From Octopus sinensis (Eukaryota), in assembly GCF_006345805.1 (NCBI RefSeq), contig NC_043008.1, forward strand, positions 61,318,001 through 61,382,000: a DNA stretch of 64,000 nt. The letters run 5' to 3'. Shown here one piece after another: positions 24,313 to 38,809 of the stretch. The position numbers and the translations under genes are program-made. Each line of letters starts with the position of its first letter. Within the stretch, counting starts at the first letter, position 1. The notes beneath the pieces are model-generated. The model was given only the letters and a program-made list of their open reading frames with translations, was not told the DNA's origin and did no database searches.

Positions 24313-26205
24313 ACGTGTATGAATATACAATGGCATCCATCTGTGTTAATACTAAATAAATGATGAAATATTTCAAAACTAGAAAAATCTATTAACCATT
24401 TCGGCAAAATCGAAACACCTGGCACAATATATGCATAAAACATTATATTTACATAAGAGAAGCAAGGACCATAGGTTATGGCATTTATCTTTAGCATAGC
24501 TATTAGCAATATCACTGAAAAATAGTACCTAGAATTTCCAAACATTATCCAAGCAGAACAATTATCAGAGACACCTTGTATTCGATATCTTATATACCGA
24601 AATTTACGAGCTTGAAAGTGTTGCTAAAGTGATTTGCAATTTCCATAACTTTCATGTTTGTATGTTCAACATTCTGATTCAATCAATCCATTATGTAATT
24701 GTTCTCACTTGTGTTACACAAACACTCTCTTTCCCTCACACACACACACATACACACACACACATACATATGTCATTGCCAGTCTTTTGTTGAAGGACAA
24801 TTTTATGCATACGTTCATATGCTTTGGTATCCAGCTCTCTCTCTCTCATTCTCGTTGTTTGTCTGTGTGTATGCAAGTACATATGTGTGTGTGTATGTGT
24901 CTATATAATATATATACTGTTACATATACATTTTTCATCTTGAATAATTTTAACATAGAGTTGAAAAGCAATGCAGCAATGAAGACAACTTCTTTATATT
25001 CAGATCAACACCTTCTTATATATCAATAAACCGAAATATAACAACCTTTGCTAGCAGACGTGGTGACGCAGGCAGTGTTTAGAGCGCGCATTTTTATCCT
25101 ATATGATAAGTTACAGTCGTTTAAAAATATATACTTCACCTCTTTGATATTTTGTGTGATGTACTGGATACGACCATTTGACCGTAGTTAATCCTATTGA
25201 CAATAACACGTATTTTGTAGAATCCGACACTCTTTCAGTTTCTGAAATAATACGGACATCGTGCACAAGTAAATGATGAGAGATATGAAACAGGTGGGTT
25301 ACATTGACTTAATATCATAGTGATAAAATAGAGTCGAGTTACTAAAATTCTCTACCGGCAGGAAATACGACAAACACAACATATGTAACTCAGTGAGCAT
25401 TAAACATTTAATCCGAAGCTAATATGTTTGTGATAAAAATGCAAAAACTAAAATTTTATAGTTTTTAATATTTTAGGCGAAACAAGAATATTTTGATGAT
25501 ATTAAGATTCTTCAGGGATGTGTAAACTTCACGAAATTGACGAAGAAACAAGTGGGCAATTTATTCTTTGATTGCTTTACATGTTTCAGTTATTGGATTG
25601 CCGTCACAGTAGAGAATTCCTTGAGGGCGTTAATCAATTAAATTTGGCCCCATTCGTTCATGTGTGGTTGTAAATTACTGTGAAATCCCTTTCTTAAAAT
25701 GATAAGCTGCAGAGATATAAACAAACCGTCTCCCACAAGCGCACCAAAATCAAACATACATATATTTCATGAGCGTCAATTCAATTTCCTTCTGCTAAAT
25801 CGTCTCAACAGCATTACAAGCTGCTGGGAAAATCATTGCACTGAACAATTTTATCATTATTTAATCAGTGCAAACCGCAATATACGTTAACCAGAATTGG
25901 GCTCTTCACCAGAGGCCCCCATGTAACTGGCCCATGTGGCCATGCCTTAAGCTGACATTAGCAGCAGTCAGACCGGTCTATTGTCCATGACACTTACTTC
26001 CGTTGCTCCCTAAACACCTAACTTTGCTTGCACTTGTATTCTACGACCACCTCACCATATCCACATCCATATATATAGATGCATACATATATACATGCAT
26101 ACATACATACATACATACATAAACACATATGCCTATATCTATCTATCCAGCTCTTTGTCTTCCCACTCTCCCCCTTCTCTCTCTCTCGCTCTCTCTGTAT
26201 ATACA

Positions 26206-26239
<34 letters not shown>

Positions 26240-26500
26240 CGCACACATGCAAGTTAAGGAATGAAGTAAATAATATCCTGGCTGCTTATGTTTCATAGTG
26301 AGCGGAACTTCGGAAGTGGTAAATATCTAAGCGAGATGAATATCACAGGCTACTCATCAGGTCAAGGATAAATTGGTGAATGAAAGTTTACATTGCCGCA
26401 AAGAGGTACGTTTACACTTGGAAGATTCAACAATCAGAATGATCCCTAGATCATATGTATACATACATACATACATACATGCATACATACATACATACAA

Positions 26501-26534
<34 letters not shown>

Positions 26535-27689
26535 TTATATATATGTATATATATAGATATATATATATCTTTATAAATAAGGATAATATCGATACTTAAA
26601 TATCGATCTTATCAAGTGGCTAGCATGATATCTCTCAGATACCCTAATTTATAGTTTTAAATATATATATACGTATGTGTGTGTGCCTCTTTGTGTGCGT
26701 GGGGGGGTGAGAGAGAGAGAGAGAGAGAAACAGATCATGCATAATATCATGATGTTGATTTAAAAAATCCAGGTGATATCTGATGAAAATGGCAGATTAA
26801 ATCATTAACTGACTAAATAATTAAAAATATTAAGGTCATACATACATACATCTTATATGCATAAGCCAATGCGTAAAGTGATCAAATGTTCCCTCAAACA
26901 TATGAGTGTGTGTGTGTATTATACATGAAGGCACGCGACGGATTTGCTAATGAGTTTGTTTAATAATCATAATGACGTGGAGAGAATTCATTGAGTGGGC
27001 AACAAATGTTCTTAATGAATACATTTCATTTAAATTTATTTCACTACTTTCCACTGAAAATATATAACAGATGAGTATTTGTGTAACTCAATATTTCAGC
27101 GTCCACCGGTCACATCTTGGATATACTATTGAGCCTAAGTGTAGGTTTTTCGAAAGTGCTTCTGTCTCTTTCCATTTGTATCACCGTTTACAACACTGAG
27201 AGATGGAGAAGTATATGTTGCTAGTCTACATTGATTCGCAGGTGAAGCTAACTCTTTATATACAGGAGAAATAATTCTCCTTGTGACATGTTGGGTGGAG
27301 CTACGTGTTACAATATACATATACAAAAATTTCAATTTTCTACATTTGACGTTTTATAATCTAGTCATACTGAAATTAGATGGACTTTAGATTGATACAC
27401 ATTTTGATTTCATATCCCAAAGCAGAAATTTAAAATTATTTTGCTTCTTATTGCCAAATCAATCTAGTAACCGAAGCTAATTAATGTTAACTTGAGTAGA
27501 AGAGCCAAACATGAATATGGCTGATGTTATTAATTGATACCTTTAGAGAATTAAATAAATAGTTAATTATAGAAGCCTTTAATGTCCGGTTGAATCCAAT
27601 AAATGACAGTGCAATATGTGATAGATAACGTATGCAGAACGTCCTATTATGCAAGCAGTGAACTTAATTGATGCATTCATGTATATATA

Positions 27690-28215
<526 letters not shown>

Positions 28216-31200
28216 TCTAAATACACATGCAGAGAGATAGATAGATAGATAGTGAGAGAGAGATAGATGTGTGTATGTATGCATCATTATTTCTACGCAA
28301 GTATCTTTCGGGACGTTATATGTGATATTATGGTGAACATTGTAGACATGGATATACAACTGCAACACATACTTCTACTCAGTTAAAATTTCTGCAGATA
28401 TAACAGCAAATATGTTGTGCAACTATGCTGAAACCAGCAAATGCAGCAGCAATGTCTTTCGAATTAGACGTCAGTGAAAGTGCTTGTAACATGTGTATTG
28501 CAAAAGTCGTTCACGTTTCTGATAGAGATTTCAAAACTATAGATATTTATCGCATATACTAACAGGATAAACCTCTGAATAAATGTTTGTCTTCTATATC
28601 GTCACAAGATCTGCAGGGCAAAAATCAAGGAAATATCAATGAAATTTCAATGTTCCATTTCAAATATATTACAATATGTAATCTTAGATAGCTCAAGAGT
28701 ATTGAATGTTCACGTTGAAAAAACCTTTTCATCACAGCTGTATTCCATCAAAACAGATTCGGGATTAAGCAATAAGAAAATAAGAAAATAAGATCCACGT
28801 AGATGACTGACTCGTTGAAAGTAACACTGAAAAATGCATCTTAAATGTTTCCGCATACAGTTTATTTCTGAGATGATGACTTAATTTTATCAAGAAGATA
28901 AAATTAGAAAGCATATCCACATCAAAGATTTTCAACAAAAATAAATCATAATGAACTGAATTTTAGAAAATGTTTCAAAATCTGTATTAACATCACCACA
29001 AAATGCACAGCCCTCCATCATCACTCATAACACCTTCGTCTATATCACCATTATTAGCAGCATCGTATCACCGATTACTTCCCTTTCTCATTTTATCTTC
29101 TATTTGTCGGCAATGCGTTTCTTTTTTTTTCTTGTCACCCATCGGCACTTAATGCAATGCGTGGCGGAAGATTTGCACTTTTTACTATTCCTTTATCCAA
29201 CATATTCGCTCCTTTTAGCATTATGTTCATTTCTTCATTCTAATTGACCTAACAATATTCCGCTAAACCAATAAATCTACAACATACATTTGTAAGTGCA
29301 TGCGCAAGAGTGTGAGATTTTATATATATTATATTTTTCAACCTCGCTTTCTTTCTCATGAATTCTACATTCTTCACAAAGTGAAATAGCTCCATAACTA
29401 TCACTCATTGCTTTAAATCTGTGCCCTACGCTTCTTTGCGACATGTTCTGATTGCTGCTTCTCTTTGTAATTCAAGGACTGATTGTAAGTAGTCAAAACC
29501 TAATTTGTCAGTTAGAAAGGGAATATTTGATGCTTCGATTCTATGGAGGAATATTTTTATTTATTATTTTCTTTAGTGCATTGAGAGTAGGAAAACGTGT
29601 CTGCTGTTCCTCACGAGTCCATTTTCGTTAGTCTTTAAGATTACTATAATGCTAAACAATTTTTAGATCCCTTTTACTGGCTGTGTTTGTACGGGTAAAT
29701 CAAAATTTATGTTAGTACAATGATTGTTTCAGAACTATAGCAGTTTAAGATTTAGTGGTGCTTTTTCAGTGCGGAGATAATTTCATGTCTTATTTTAGAG
29801 TGCCGACGCTTCCAATTGCCAGATATAGTGTTTACTGCTTCCTTTGTGACTGATGCTAACTGTAGAGGCTTAAGTTTTCTTTCTTCAGTTAAGTTCTCTT
29901 TTCATACTTGATTCTGTTTCACTTATGCTACGTGTGACGTTGATGTGTTGTTTCAGGTCACATCTGGTTTTATTAGGCTGTGTATTGCAATTGTGCAATG
30001 ATTGTCTTACATTTCATTGCTATTAATCTCAATATCCTTATTCACGTACAACTATTTTGTCAATTTGTCGATATATTTTAAGACATCTATGCTGGTGATT
30101 TTCGGGTAGAAGAGATCTGCAAATTTTAATTACATCTCTTGGGAACCTGGTGCCAGCTAACGTGTTTGATGTTCGTGAAACTTTGGTTAGTTCAGTCATG
30201 TGTGAGGCGTTTGTTATGAAATTAGAGAAGAGACTGGTTCATCTGTGGATTTAATTCCAAGAGAATTTCAGCAGAAGCCTAACCCTAGTGGTGGGTTAGT
30301 TGAATTAGCTTTATATAATATATCTACTGACGTGGGCTGTTTAACATATTAAACAGTAGAGAAACGATATTGTTGTGTTATCTCTCTTGGCTCTGTACCG
30401 GTTTTAGTATCTCTGTTCATTTTCTTATTGTTCTCTAGGTGTTAAAATGTTTAGAATATGATGAGATAGGATGCACAACATACTGTGGAATAATCAGATT
30501 AATGCACTCAGTTTAAATGTTTTTATTACGTTACTGTAGTTTGTTTTGCTCTATATCACATATTTGAATTTGTAATGAATTTAAATATGGAATCGAATAT
30601 AATTTGCAGTGGCAAAAGCTAAGAATCACTATTTTATAGATACGTTAAGATTCCTCCTTTGTGTAGAATATCAGTTTATGACCTACATATAAAAGTGTTA
30701 CGTGTTTGGATTAAGTTTCACTTCTTGTCTTATTCATTGGCGAATATTTCTGGAGGGAATATTGTTGCTTTGTTTCACGAAAATGCAATGTTAAGCTGCT
30801 CGAGATGCATTATTATACATTCACCTTTTGTTGTTTGTTATATTTATGGGATATACTGTTGATAATGGAATATTCTCTCCATAATACATTAAAAATGCTT
30901 ATTTTTGATGCTCTAGTTTCAGTTCGTTCGTTGAATCGCAATTTTTAGAGGTATTAACAAAACGACTCCATTTTCATAGTGGCATCATCTCCCTATATGT
31001 ATTCAATAATTCATTGGGGACTTAATCCTGACAGTTTTCGGCGATTCTGCTGTTGAACTGCAGATAATGTTAACAACATTATGCGGGAAATATATGCGTG
31101 TACATACATAGAGTATATCCAGAGGAGAATGCTTAAAATAGTCTGTTTGATAAACAATGATATTGTACTTAACAGAAGTATATTACAAAATATATGGTAC

Positions 31201-31448
31201 TCCATGCTTTATAATGCTGATTAAGGAGATTCGGTTTGGAATAGAGGAGATACTATCTAGATTGCTAAAAGACGTAGTGATGACCTTTGAAAATACTAGA
31301 TGTAGTCATAGCAATGAACATGTGAGCTATAAAATTTTAAATTGACAATATTTTCAATATTTTTTGAAAGGCAAAACCCTCATTGAAAATATATTGCAGG
31401 TTATATATACATATATATAGAATGGGAAGGATTGTATATATATATATA

Positions 31449-31648
31449 GGGAGAGTTTACGAAAAAAGCAAGAGACGAAGACAGGCGGTGTACAAAACAA
31501 ACAGATGTATTAGTATAACGTTCAGGAATAGAAAAAAAGTATTTTACGTTTCGAGCCTATGCTCCTCTACAGAAAGGGGCACAGGAAAAACAAGGAAAGA
31601 ATCAAGGAGAGAAAAAGTGTGTGCAGTGGATAACGATCTATCATCTAC
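31449..31648 (-). mobile_element. Solo Penelope-pLTR-like fragment between two (TA)n tracts
   Basis: ~200 bp of non-simple sequence bounded by (TA)n, carrying a minimal HHR-like motif. Confidence 0.55.
31542..31575 (-). ncRNA. Minimal type I hammerhead-like motif (non-canonical core)
   Basis: Minus strand TTT-CTGTAGA-G-GAGC-ATAG-GCTC-GAA-ACGT-A-AAA: stem II GAGC/GCTC, palindromic ACGT helix III, GUA site, but A6 is U and there is an extra G. Confidence 0.45.
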
Positions 31649-31723
<75 letters not shown>

Positions 31724-31818
31724 CATGTATATGCATATGGATTTATATGTATGTGTGTATGTATGTAATATGTAGATATTTATGTATGGATGTATACATA
31801 CTTACATACATATATGTG

Positions 31819-31855
<37 letters not shown>

Positions 31856-31989
31856 GTGTGTGTGTGTATGCAAATAAAAGAAGGAAAATGCAGACACTTT
31901 ACATAGTTTTAATATATTTTTGTTATATTTTATATTATGATTCTCGGCTAGTTTCGCTTTTGCTAATCATGACCAGAAGGCTTTTGTCC

Positions 31990-32102
31990 ATATTGGTCGG
32001 CCCGAGGCTATAGTAGAAGTCACTTGCCCAAGGTGAAACGCAGTGGGACTGAAACCAGATGCATGTGGTTGGTGAACAAGCTACATAGCACGCAGCCACT
32101 TC
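31990..32102 (-). mobile_element. SINE family A, head fragment
   Basis: TTGGTCGGCCCGAGGCTATAGTAGAAGTCACTTGCCCAAGG...CAGCCACT. Confidence 0.8.
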
Positions 32103-32857
32103 TGCGTTTTGATATATTTATTAGGTAATATGATTTCATTTTCATATGAATACATATACACACATACAAACAAACACGCATATAAATGTGTTAATGAGTG
32201 TGTGTTTGCGTGCCTCTGTATATCTGTGTGTGTCTACGTCTATGCGTATATACATGTATATAGAATTTTAGATAACCTTCTGAAGAACGACAATAATCAG
32301 GAAACTATGTAATTTATAAATATAGCGGAAGCTTTAAATATCTTGATGGGTTATCTAGATAAGCACCATTTTATATTCCATTTTGCATTATAAATATTGC
32401 TAAATAATAAATTACAAGGGAAATTATATCTACATACATATTTGTCAATAAGAAACATAATATATATAAAATAGAAATAAAATGTCTTCCATTTTATTAG
32501 CTACTATCAAAAATAGTTTCACACCAATAATCGTTTCACACTCTTTCATAGTGATCTAGGTATTGTAATTGATCTTCGAATTTATTTTATGCTGATCGAT
32601 CTCCGATGAAAAATTATGGACTATAAATTTATTGCAAACAAGCATAATATTCGAAAGAAATTACTAGGTTAATTTCTTAAACAATATGTGTACTAATATA
32701 ACAGACAATAAAAAGGAATTGAGTGGAGTGGCATGTGATCTTATGTAGACAACTAGAAACCATCAACCCTGCGTTGTTCTCCAAATTATTTGTGAACAGT
32801 TGTGACCTGATGGAATATACCGCATCGAGAACCTTTCACTTGTTATCTATGCTTCAA

Positions 32858-33140
32858 TTTGGTAGACGGAAACTGAAAGAAGCCCGTCGTATATATATAT
32901 ATATATATATATATATAAGCGTGTATGTATATGTATGTGTGTGTATATGTTTGTCCCTCCAACATCGCTTGACAACAGATGCTGGTGTGTTTATGTCCCT
33001 GCAACTTAGCGGTTCGGCAAAAGAGACCGATAGAATAAGTACCAGGCTTACAAAGAATAAGTTCTGGGGTCGATTTTGTCGACTAAAGGCGGTGCTCCAG
33101 CATGGCCGCAGTCAAATGACTGAAACAGGTAAAAGAATAA
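32858..33140 (+). mobile_element. SINE family A, 5'-truncated
   Basis: ATTTGGTAGACGGAAACTGAAAGAAGCCCGTCG...GGCGGTGCTCCAGCATGGCCGCAGTCAAATGACTGAAAC. Confidence 0.85.
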
Positions 33141-33743
33141 TGAACGTATGTTTTAATAGTCCCCTGTTATTTTTGACACAATCTAATGAGTTGGAGGTGC
33201 ATCGCTGCTAATCTAGAGCTAAATATGTGCACATCATGTGGAGCAATGGTTGTTTTCTTACTGGATATCGTTTACTGAAATATCTAGATAACAAACTGCT
33301 TTGTATTTAGGTAAATGTGTTAAGGGCAAAACATAGACATATTCTGGAAATGAACCTCATCTCCATAATATTGATAGATATATGTGTATCTTATTTAAAT
33401 ATAGCACCAATCCATGTTCTGCTGTGGTATTGAAATGGGTATTTGAGTAACGTAGTTAATTTTGTATTGCGCATTCTGATTAGAGAACCAATAGAACAAA
33501 TATGGCCAAACGCAATTACTTCTCCGTGAATATCTTATTTTGCTATAAGTAGCATTAAAGTCTCTTCCGTATGTAATACTCTCTCCAATAGTTTTAACAT
33601 ATGTATAGCAACTGAATAGTGAGATCAAAATTTTTCATCGTCCACTATTATATAATTTTTTTTATCATGCATTAGTACAAGCAAATGATTTGAAGTCTTC
33701 ATTTTGCCTTGGAAATATTTATTAAGTAAATATATTTTCGTAG

Positions 33744-34050
33744 CGGTACATGGCCTAGTGAGTATAGCAGCGGACTCGCGGTCGTGGAATCGCGGGTTCG
33801 TATCTCAAACCGGGTGAGGAGTGTGTTTATGAGCGAAACACCTAAGCTCCACGTGGCTCTGGCAGAAGGTAATGGCGAACTTCTGCTGACTCTTTCGCCA
33901 CAATTTTTCTCTCACACTTTCCTCCTGCATCTAGCAGCTCACATGTGACGGACTGGCGTCCCGTCCAGGTGGGGAACCTTTACGCCAATAAAACTGTGAA
34001 ACCGGTCCTTATGAGCCAGGCATGGTTCGAGAAGGAACAAACAACAACAA
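33744..34050 (+). mobile_element. SINE family D head with a different 3' body
   Basis: TGGCCTAGTG...GCGGACTCGCGGTCGTGGAATCGCGGGTTCG head; body diverges from the 14449 copy after ~150 bp; (AAC)n tail. Confidence 0.7.
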
Positions 34051-35796
34051 ATATATTTTAATTTCAAAACTCTATGTAGATGCTTCATTATTTATAGGAC
34101 TATTGAAATATATCTAGAGTTGATGCAATTACCTACATTCTCAGTATCCGCATTTAATATTCTTTGATATTGAAAGAATTTTCTGTATTTGTGAACGCCA
34201 GTGGTGTTTTGCATGTTTTGGCACCAGCTCATATTAAATAATCTATTGTTATTAGCTAGAACACCAGTTTAGAATCAATATTTTGCTTAAATGATATGAA
34301 AAGAAATAACTAAATGATCTGAAATATATCATTGTCCATCTTGCTGAATCAGAAAATTTTGATTCCACTAATGTTCTGACAGTCTGCCAATGCTGACTCA
34401 GATTATCACATCATTGACTTTCTCCTATTAATTGAGAAAGAAATGAAAACATTTACACTATGCCTGGCTCTTCTTAAGAGATTATTTCTCTCAGTATTGG
34501 GACTGTTGGCAATGAGTCTTTTTTTCTCTTCTTTTCATCCCTGCTCATTCGTACTAAATAAAGAAACTAAGATCTTTTTGGCAACAATATCTTTAAAAAG
34601 AACTTTGTTTTTCCTCAGTATTCTAAAAACATAAGAACATGGGCCATTAATAAAAATAACTGTAAATGAACTTACTTAGAAGCATTAAAAATGTTCGTTA
34701 GAAAATAATTAATATGAGGCAAGATCATAACTGTGTCAACATGTATATCTCTTTCAACATCTATGAAAATATTCAGTGAGATAAGGCTTGTCAGTAAACG
34801 ATTTATATTTACTTATACAAATTCCCGCATTTATGAACGTGGTAGATAAGTCATTAATTTTGATAGCGTTACTGAGTGTTTTATGATTTCGCGCTAAAAA
34901 TACTTACTTGATACATCAATGAAAGTTGCACACTTTCAATAAATGTCACCAGAGTGAAAATTAAAGCCAAATATCGTAACTGCTATTTGCTATAAAACTG
35001 AATATAATATTCTCACAATCTGGTAAGGAACATATGATATATTCGAGAACTAGATTACATTTTTAAAAGATGAATTGCCTTTCCTTTGATTTTGTTAAAG
35101 TTTACTTCAAAATGCCAGATAACAATCGAAACTATGAAACGAAAGATATATTTTATATTTTAGTCTTTATCCACACATTTGTCGTTCATGGTCAGATTAT
35201 ATTGGAGATGTCAAGGGATTATAGCGCAGCATAATCCTTTTGTTGACAATGTTGCAAGGCAAAAAATATATTGATTACATAAATTTGATTGAAACTAAAA
35301 TGTCATATGTTAACAATAAAATATTTTAAACGGTAATATCAAAAACAAACATCTAACTTCATGACAAAACTGTTATATCAACATACATATGTCAAGTTGA
35401 TTTATAGTAGTCTTGAAATACCGAATATTGTACTTGGGTTTTACCTTTATTGGATTACTCAGAGTTCAGTTCATTAACTAATTTCATAAAGTAACATAAC
35501 CAAAGATGCGTTATTTTAATATATATAAATGTAAATATTACTGCATTGAAATCTGTTATTTTAATATTTTTCGCATGAAAATCTTATACACTGACATACA
35601 AGAGCAACTAACTTATTACTAGAAATCAAGAAGGTCGAATTTTTATACATATATACGCTAAGTCGATGTCTCAGATATATTACACGTACAATATATAGAT
35701 ATTTATTTAAATTCATTGTAAAGTATTATTAAACTGGTGTTTACGTTAACTTGCATTTTACATTTAATGGTAATATTAGATATGGGAATAAAACAG

Positions 35797-36690
35797 TGAC
35801 TTAGCAGAATCGTTAGCACGCCTGGCAAAATGCTTAGCGGCAATTCTTTCGTCTTTAATCTATGAGTTCAAATGTCGCCGAGGTCGATTTGTTCTTTCAT
35901 AATTTTGAGGTCGATAAAATACGTACCAATTGAGTAATGGGGTCGATGTCATCGATTTTCCCTCCCCCGAAATCGCTGGCCTTCTACCAAAATTTGGAAC
36001 TAATATTACACATGTGAATAAAGCGGCGAGCGATCAGAATAGTTAGCACGTAGAATAAAAAGCTTAGCAGTATTTTCTCCCTTTTTTGTGTTCTGAGTCC
36101 TAATTCTGCCGAGACCGATTTTGTTTTTATTCCTTTGGGATCGATGAAATATATAGCAGTTAAGCACTCGGACCATTTAAACACTCCTCCAAAATTTCTC
36201 TCCTTGTACCATAATTTGAAACTAACATTACATATTTAAATAAGACGGTGCGCCAACAGAATTGTTTGCACACCGGGCGAAATGTGTAGTCGTATTTTGT
36301 CTGCCGTTCTGAGTTCAAATTCCAGCGAGGTCGACTTTGCCTTTCATTCTTTCGGGGTCGATTAAATAAGTAGCAGTTACGCACTGAAGTCGATATACTC
36401 CACTTAATCCGTTTGTCTGTCCTTGTTTGTCCTCTCTGTGTTTAGCCCGTTGTGGGTAGTAAAGAAATAGGTATTATCTCCCTCGCGGCGAGATGGCAGA
36501 AACGTTAGCACGCAGGGCGAAATTCTTAGCGGTATTTCGTCTGCCGCTACGGTCTGAGTTCAAATCCCGCAGAGATCGAATTTCGGTGTCAAAGAATCAC
36601 GTACCATTTGAACACTGGTGTTGATGTAATCGACATACCGACTCCCCGAAATTTCCAGCATTGTGCCAATATTGAAAAACCTTTATCGTA
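35797..36690 (+). mobile_element. Cluster of four family B SINE copies in the same orientation
   Basis: Heads (GCAGAA.CGTTAGCACG...GAGTTCAAAT) at ~35800, ~36030, ~36250 and ~36485. Confidence 0.8.
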
Positions 36691-37278
36691 TATGTACATC
36701 TTTTCATGTAGTCAGATCAATGAAACGATAATAATGTACTTTTACTCGATATAAATTCCCATAAAGAATCCAAATGCGCAAATCTGTATTGAATAACCCA
36801 AGAACCTAGCAGAACATTTTCTAACTTATATATATATATCGATGTTGCTTTTATAAACTCTGTTCCTTTTGCCCCTTGATCTAATTTATGATTTCTTCTG
36901 ACAGGGTCGTTTGAAGATAAACTTATTATTTTTGTTAACTGAAATATGGTATTAATATCGCATCATGCTTTGCTACCAGAGAAAATTGCAATGAAAAATG
37001 TTACCTCCAAATCATACGCTACGATGGCTTTCACTCTGTTGCTGCAAAAGCGGATTTAGCAATAAATCGCTATTCAACGTATTAAAAGTTTAAAATATTT
37101 TTGCAGTTATTTCGTACAAGATGCGCTCGTCACGCCGTAGCTCTAACTTGCAAGTTCCTGTTATGTTGCACACAAACGTTTCCATCGGAAGTAGCCGTAA
37201 CATTCTCGCAAAAATAACACACAAACATATACACACTCGCGTGTGTATATGTGTATGTGTGTAGGCATGTATCCATGC

Positions 37279-37309
<31 letters not shown>

Positions 37310-37417
37310 GACATACGTTTATATACATATATACATATACATACATATGCACACGTATACATACATACATATACACACATATACATATACATACATACAT
37401 ATATATATATATATATT

Positions 37418-37630
37418 CTCCTTTACTCTTTTACTTGTTTCAGTCATTTCATTGTGGCCATGATGGAGCACCGTCTTCAGTCGATCAAATCGACCCCAGG
37501 ACTTATTCTTTGTAAGCCTAGTACTTATTCTATCGGTGTCTTGCCGAACCGCTAAGTTACTGGGATGTAAACACACCAGTATTGGTTGTCAAGCGATGTT
37601 GGAGGATCCACAAACATACACACACACACT

Positions 37631-37680
<50 letters not shown>

Positions 37681-37875
37681 CATAGATAGATAGATAGATA
37701 TATACATATATACGACGAGCTTCTTTCGGTTTTCGTCTTCCAAATCCACTCACAAGGGTTTGGTCGGCCCGAGCCTATAGTAGAAGACACTTGCCCAAGG
37801 TGCCACACAATGGGACTGAACCCGAAACCATGTGGTTGGAAAGCAAGCTACGTACCACACAACCACTCCTACGCC
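37418..37875 (-). mobile_element. SINE family A, full length
   Basis: Reverse complement of head, microsatellite and tail all present. Confidence 0.88.
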
Positions 37876-37889
37876 TATATATATATATA

Positions 37890-38440
37890 TAATAGGTTGA
37901 GTCGAAAGGCTTTTCAGATATTTACTAATGACTTTTGGACACTTCTGTCTCGAATTACTAATTTGATACAACTTGTGATCTAATCGTTGCTGAACTGTAT
38001 ATTATTTATTTTGCATCTGTGATAATGGGTGGTTAAAAAAAAAACTGCAATTAGAAACAATGTATGCTGTGGAAAAAGGAGGCAGTGCAAGGAAAGTGGC
38101 GAAGAATATCATTGACATGGAATGCTTAGGAACTGCCAACGAACGTTTGGTAGAAAACTGGTCCAAACGTTTCAAGGAAGTTGACACCATTCTCCAAGAC
38201 ACACAACACTTATGAGAACTGTTCTGAAGGATGAGTCCTTGCGGGAAATCGTTGAGCAACTGCCAAGCAAAAGCATTGGTACGTTGTTGGCAGAACGTGG
38301 TCCTGCACAATGTAGCACAAAAACGCATCAACTTAGCCATGACCCAGTGAGCAAACGCTCATGAGAATTTTCCTAATTAACTGGACAAAGATCAGGCTTA
38401 ACGACATGGGAACATTTGGAAACAAACGCTGGCGAATCCT
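37890..38440 (+). pseudogene. Mariner (Tc1/mariner) transposase N-terminal relic
   Basis: MYAVEKGGSARKVAKNIIDMECLGTANERLVENWSKRFKEVDTILQD, then after a frameshift LKDESLREIVEQLPSKSIGTLLAE...: the two HTH motifs of mariner transposases, decayed. Confidence 0.75.
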
Positions 38441-38780
38441 GAAAATGCCAGGTTTTTGCATTGAATTGTAACTGAGAATGAAATGTAACTCTGTTAAAAC
38501 AAATTACTAGCTCCGTTGGGGTCAGGTTTCGGAACCTGTTATGAAACAAGGGCAGTCTGAACAGAAGATCATCTTGGTGGAATTTCGAGGCGGTGTTGAT
38601 CTTTGAGGTGTCCATGCTGTTTTTCTATGAAAAATCCTTATTTTTACGATTTTTTGACTGCTGTGTTGCCATTTTTCGGTGAATTTCATCCAGAAAAATG
38701 TTCACTTAAAGAGAATAACAAGCTTCATAATGTAAAATGTTTACTTTTCAAAAATTCCAATTCTAAAGGGTCAAAACAAA

Positions 38781-38809
38781 CCCGAGCAATGCCGGGCGTT
38801 CCTGCTAGT
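38781..38809 (+). mobile_element. Helitron-like 3' terminus
   Basis: Hairpin CCCG-AGCAATGC-CGGG, 8-nt spacer, CTAG, then T: the canonical Helitron 3'-end layout. 5' end not identified. Confidence 0.55.

Noticed and set aside
29500-30450. Non-repetitive stretch with moderately long stop-free runs on the minus strand
   Set aside because: No recognisable motif or splice structure in any frame I translated.
33300-34620. Further TIR-like words (GRDF, SRRSNCV, VNVFISFS) on the minus strand
   Set aside because: They lie in different frames with wrong order and spacing; indistinguishable from chance without a profile search.
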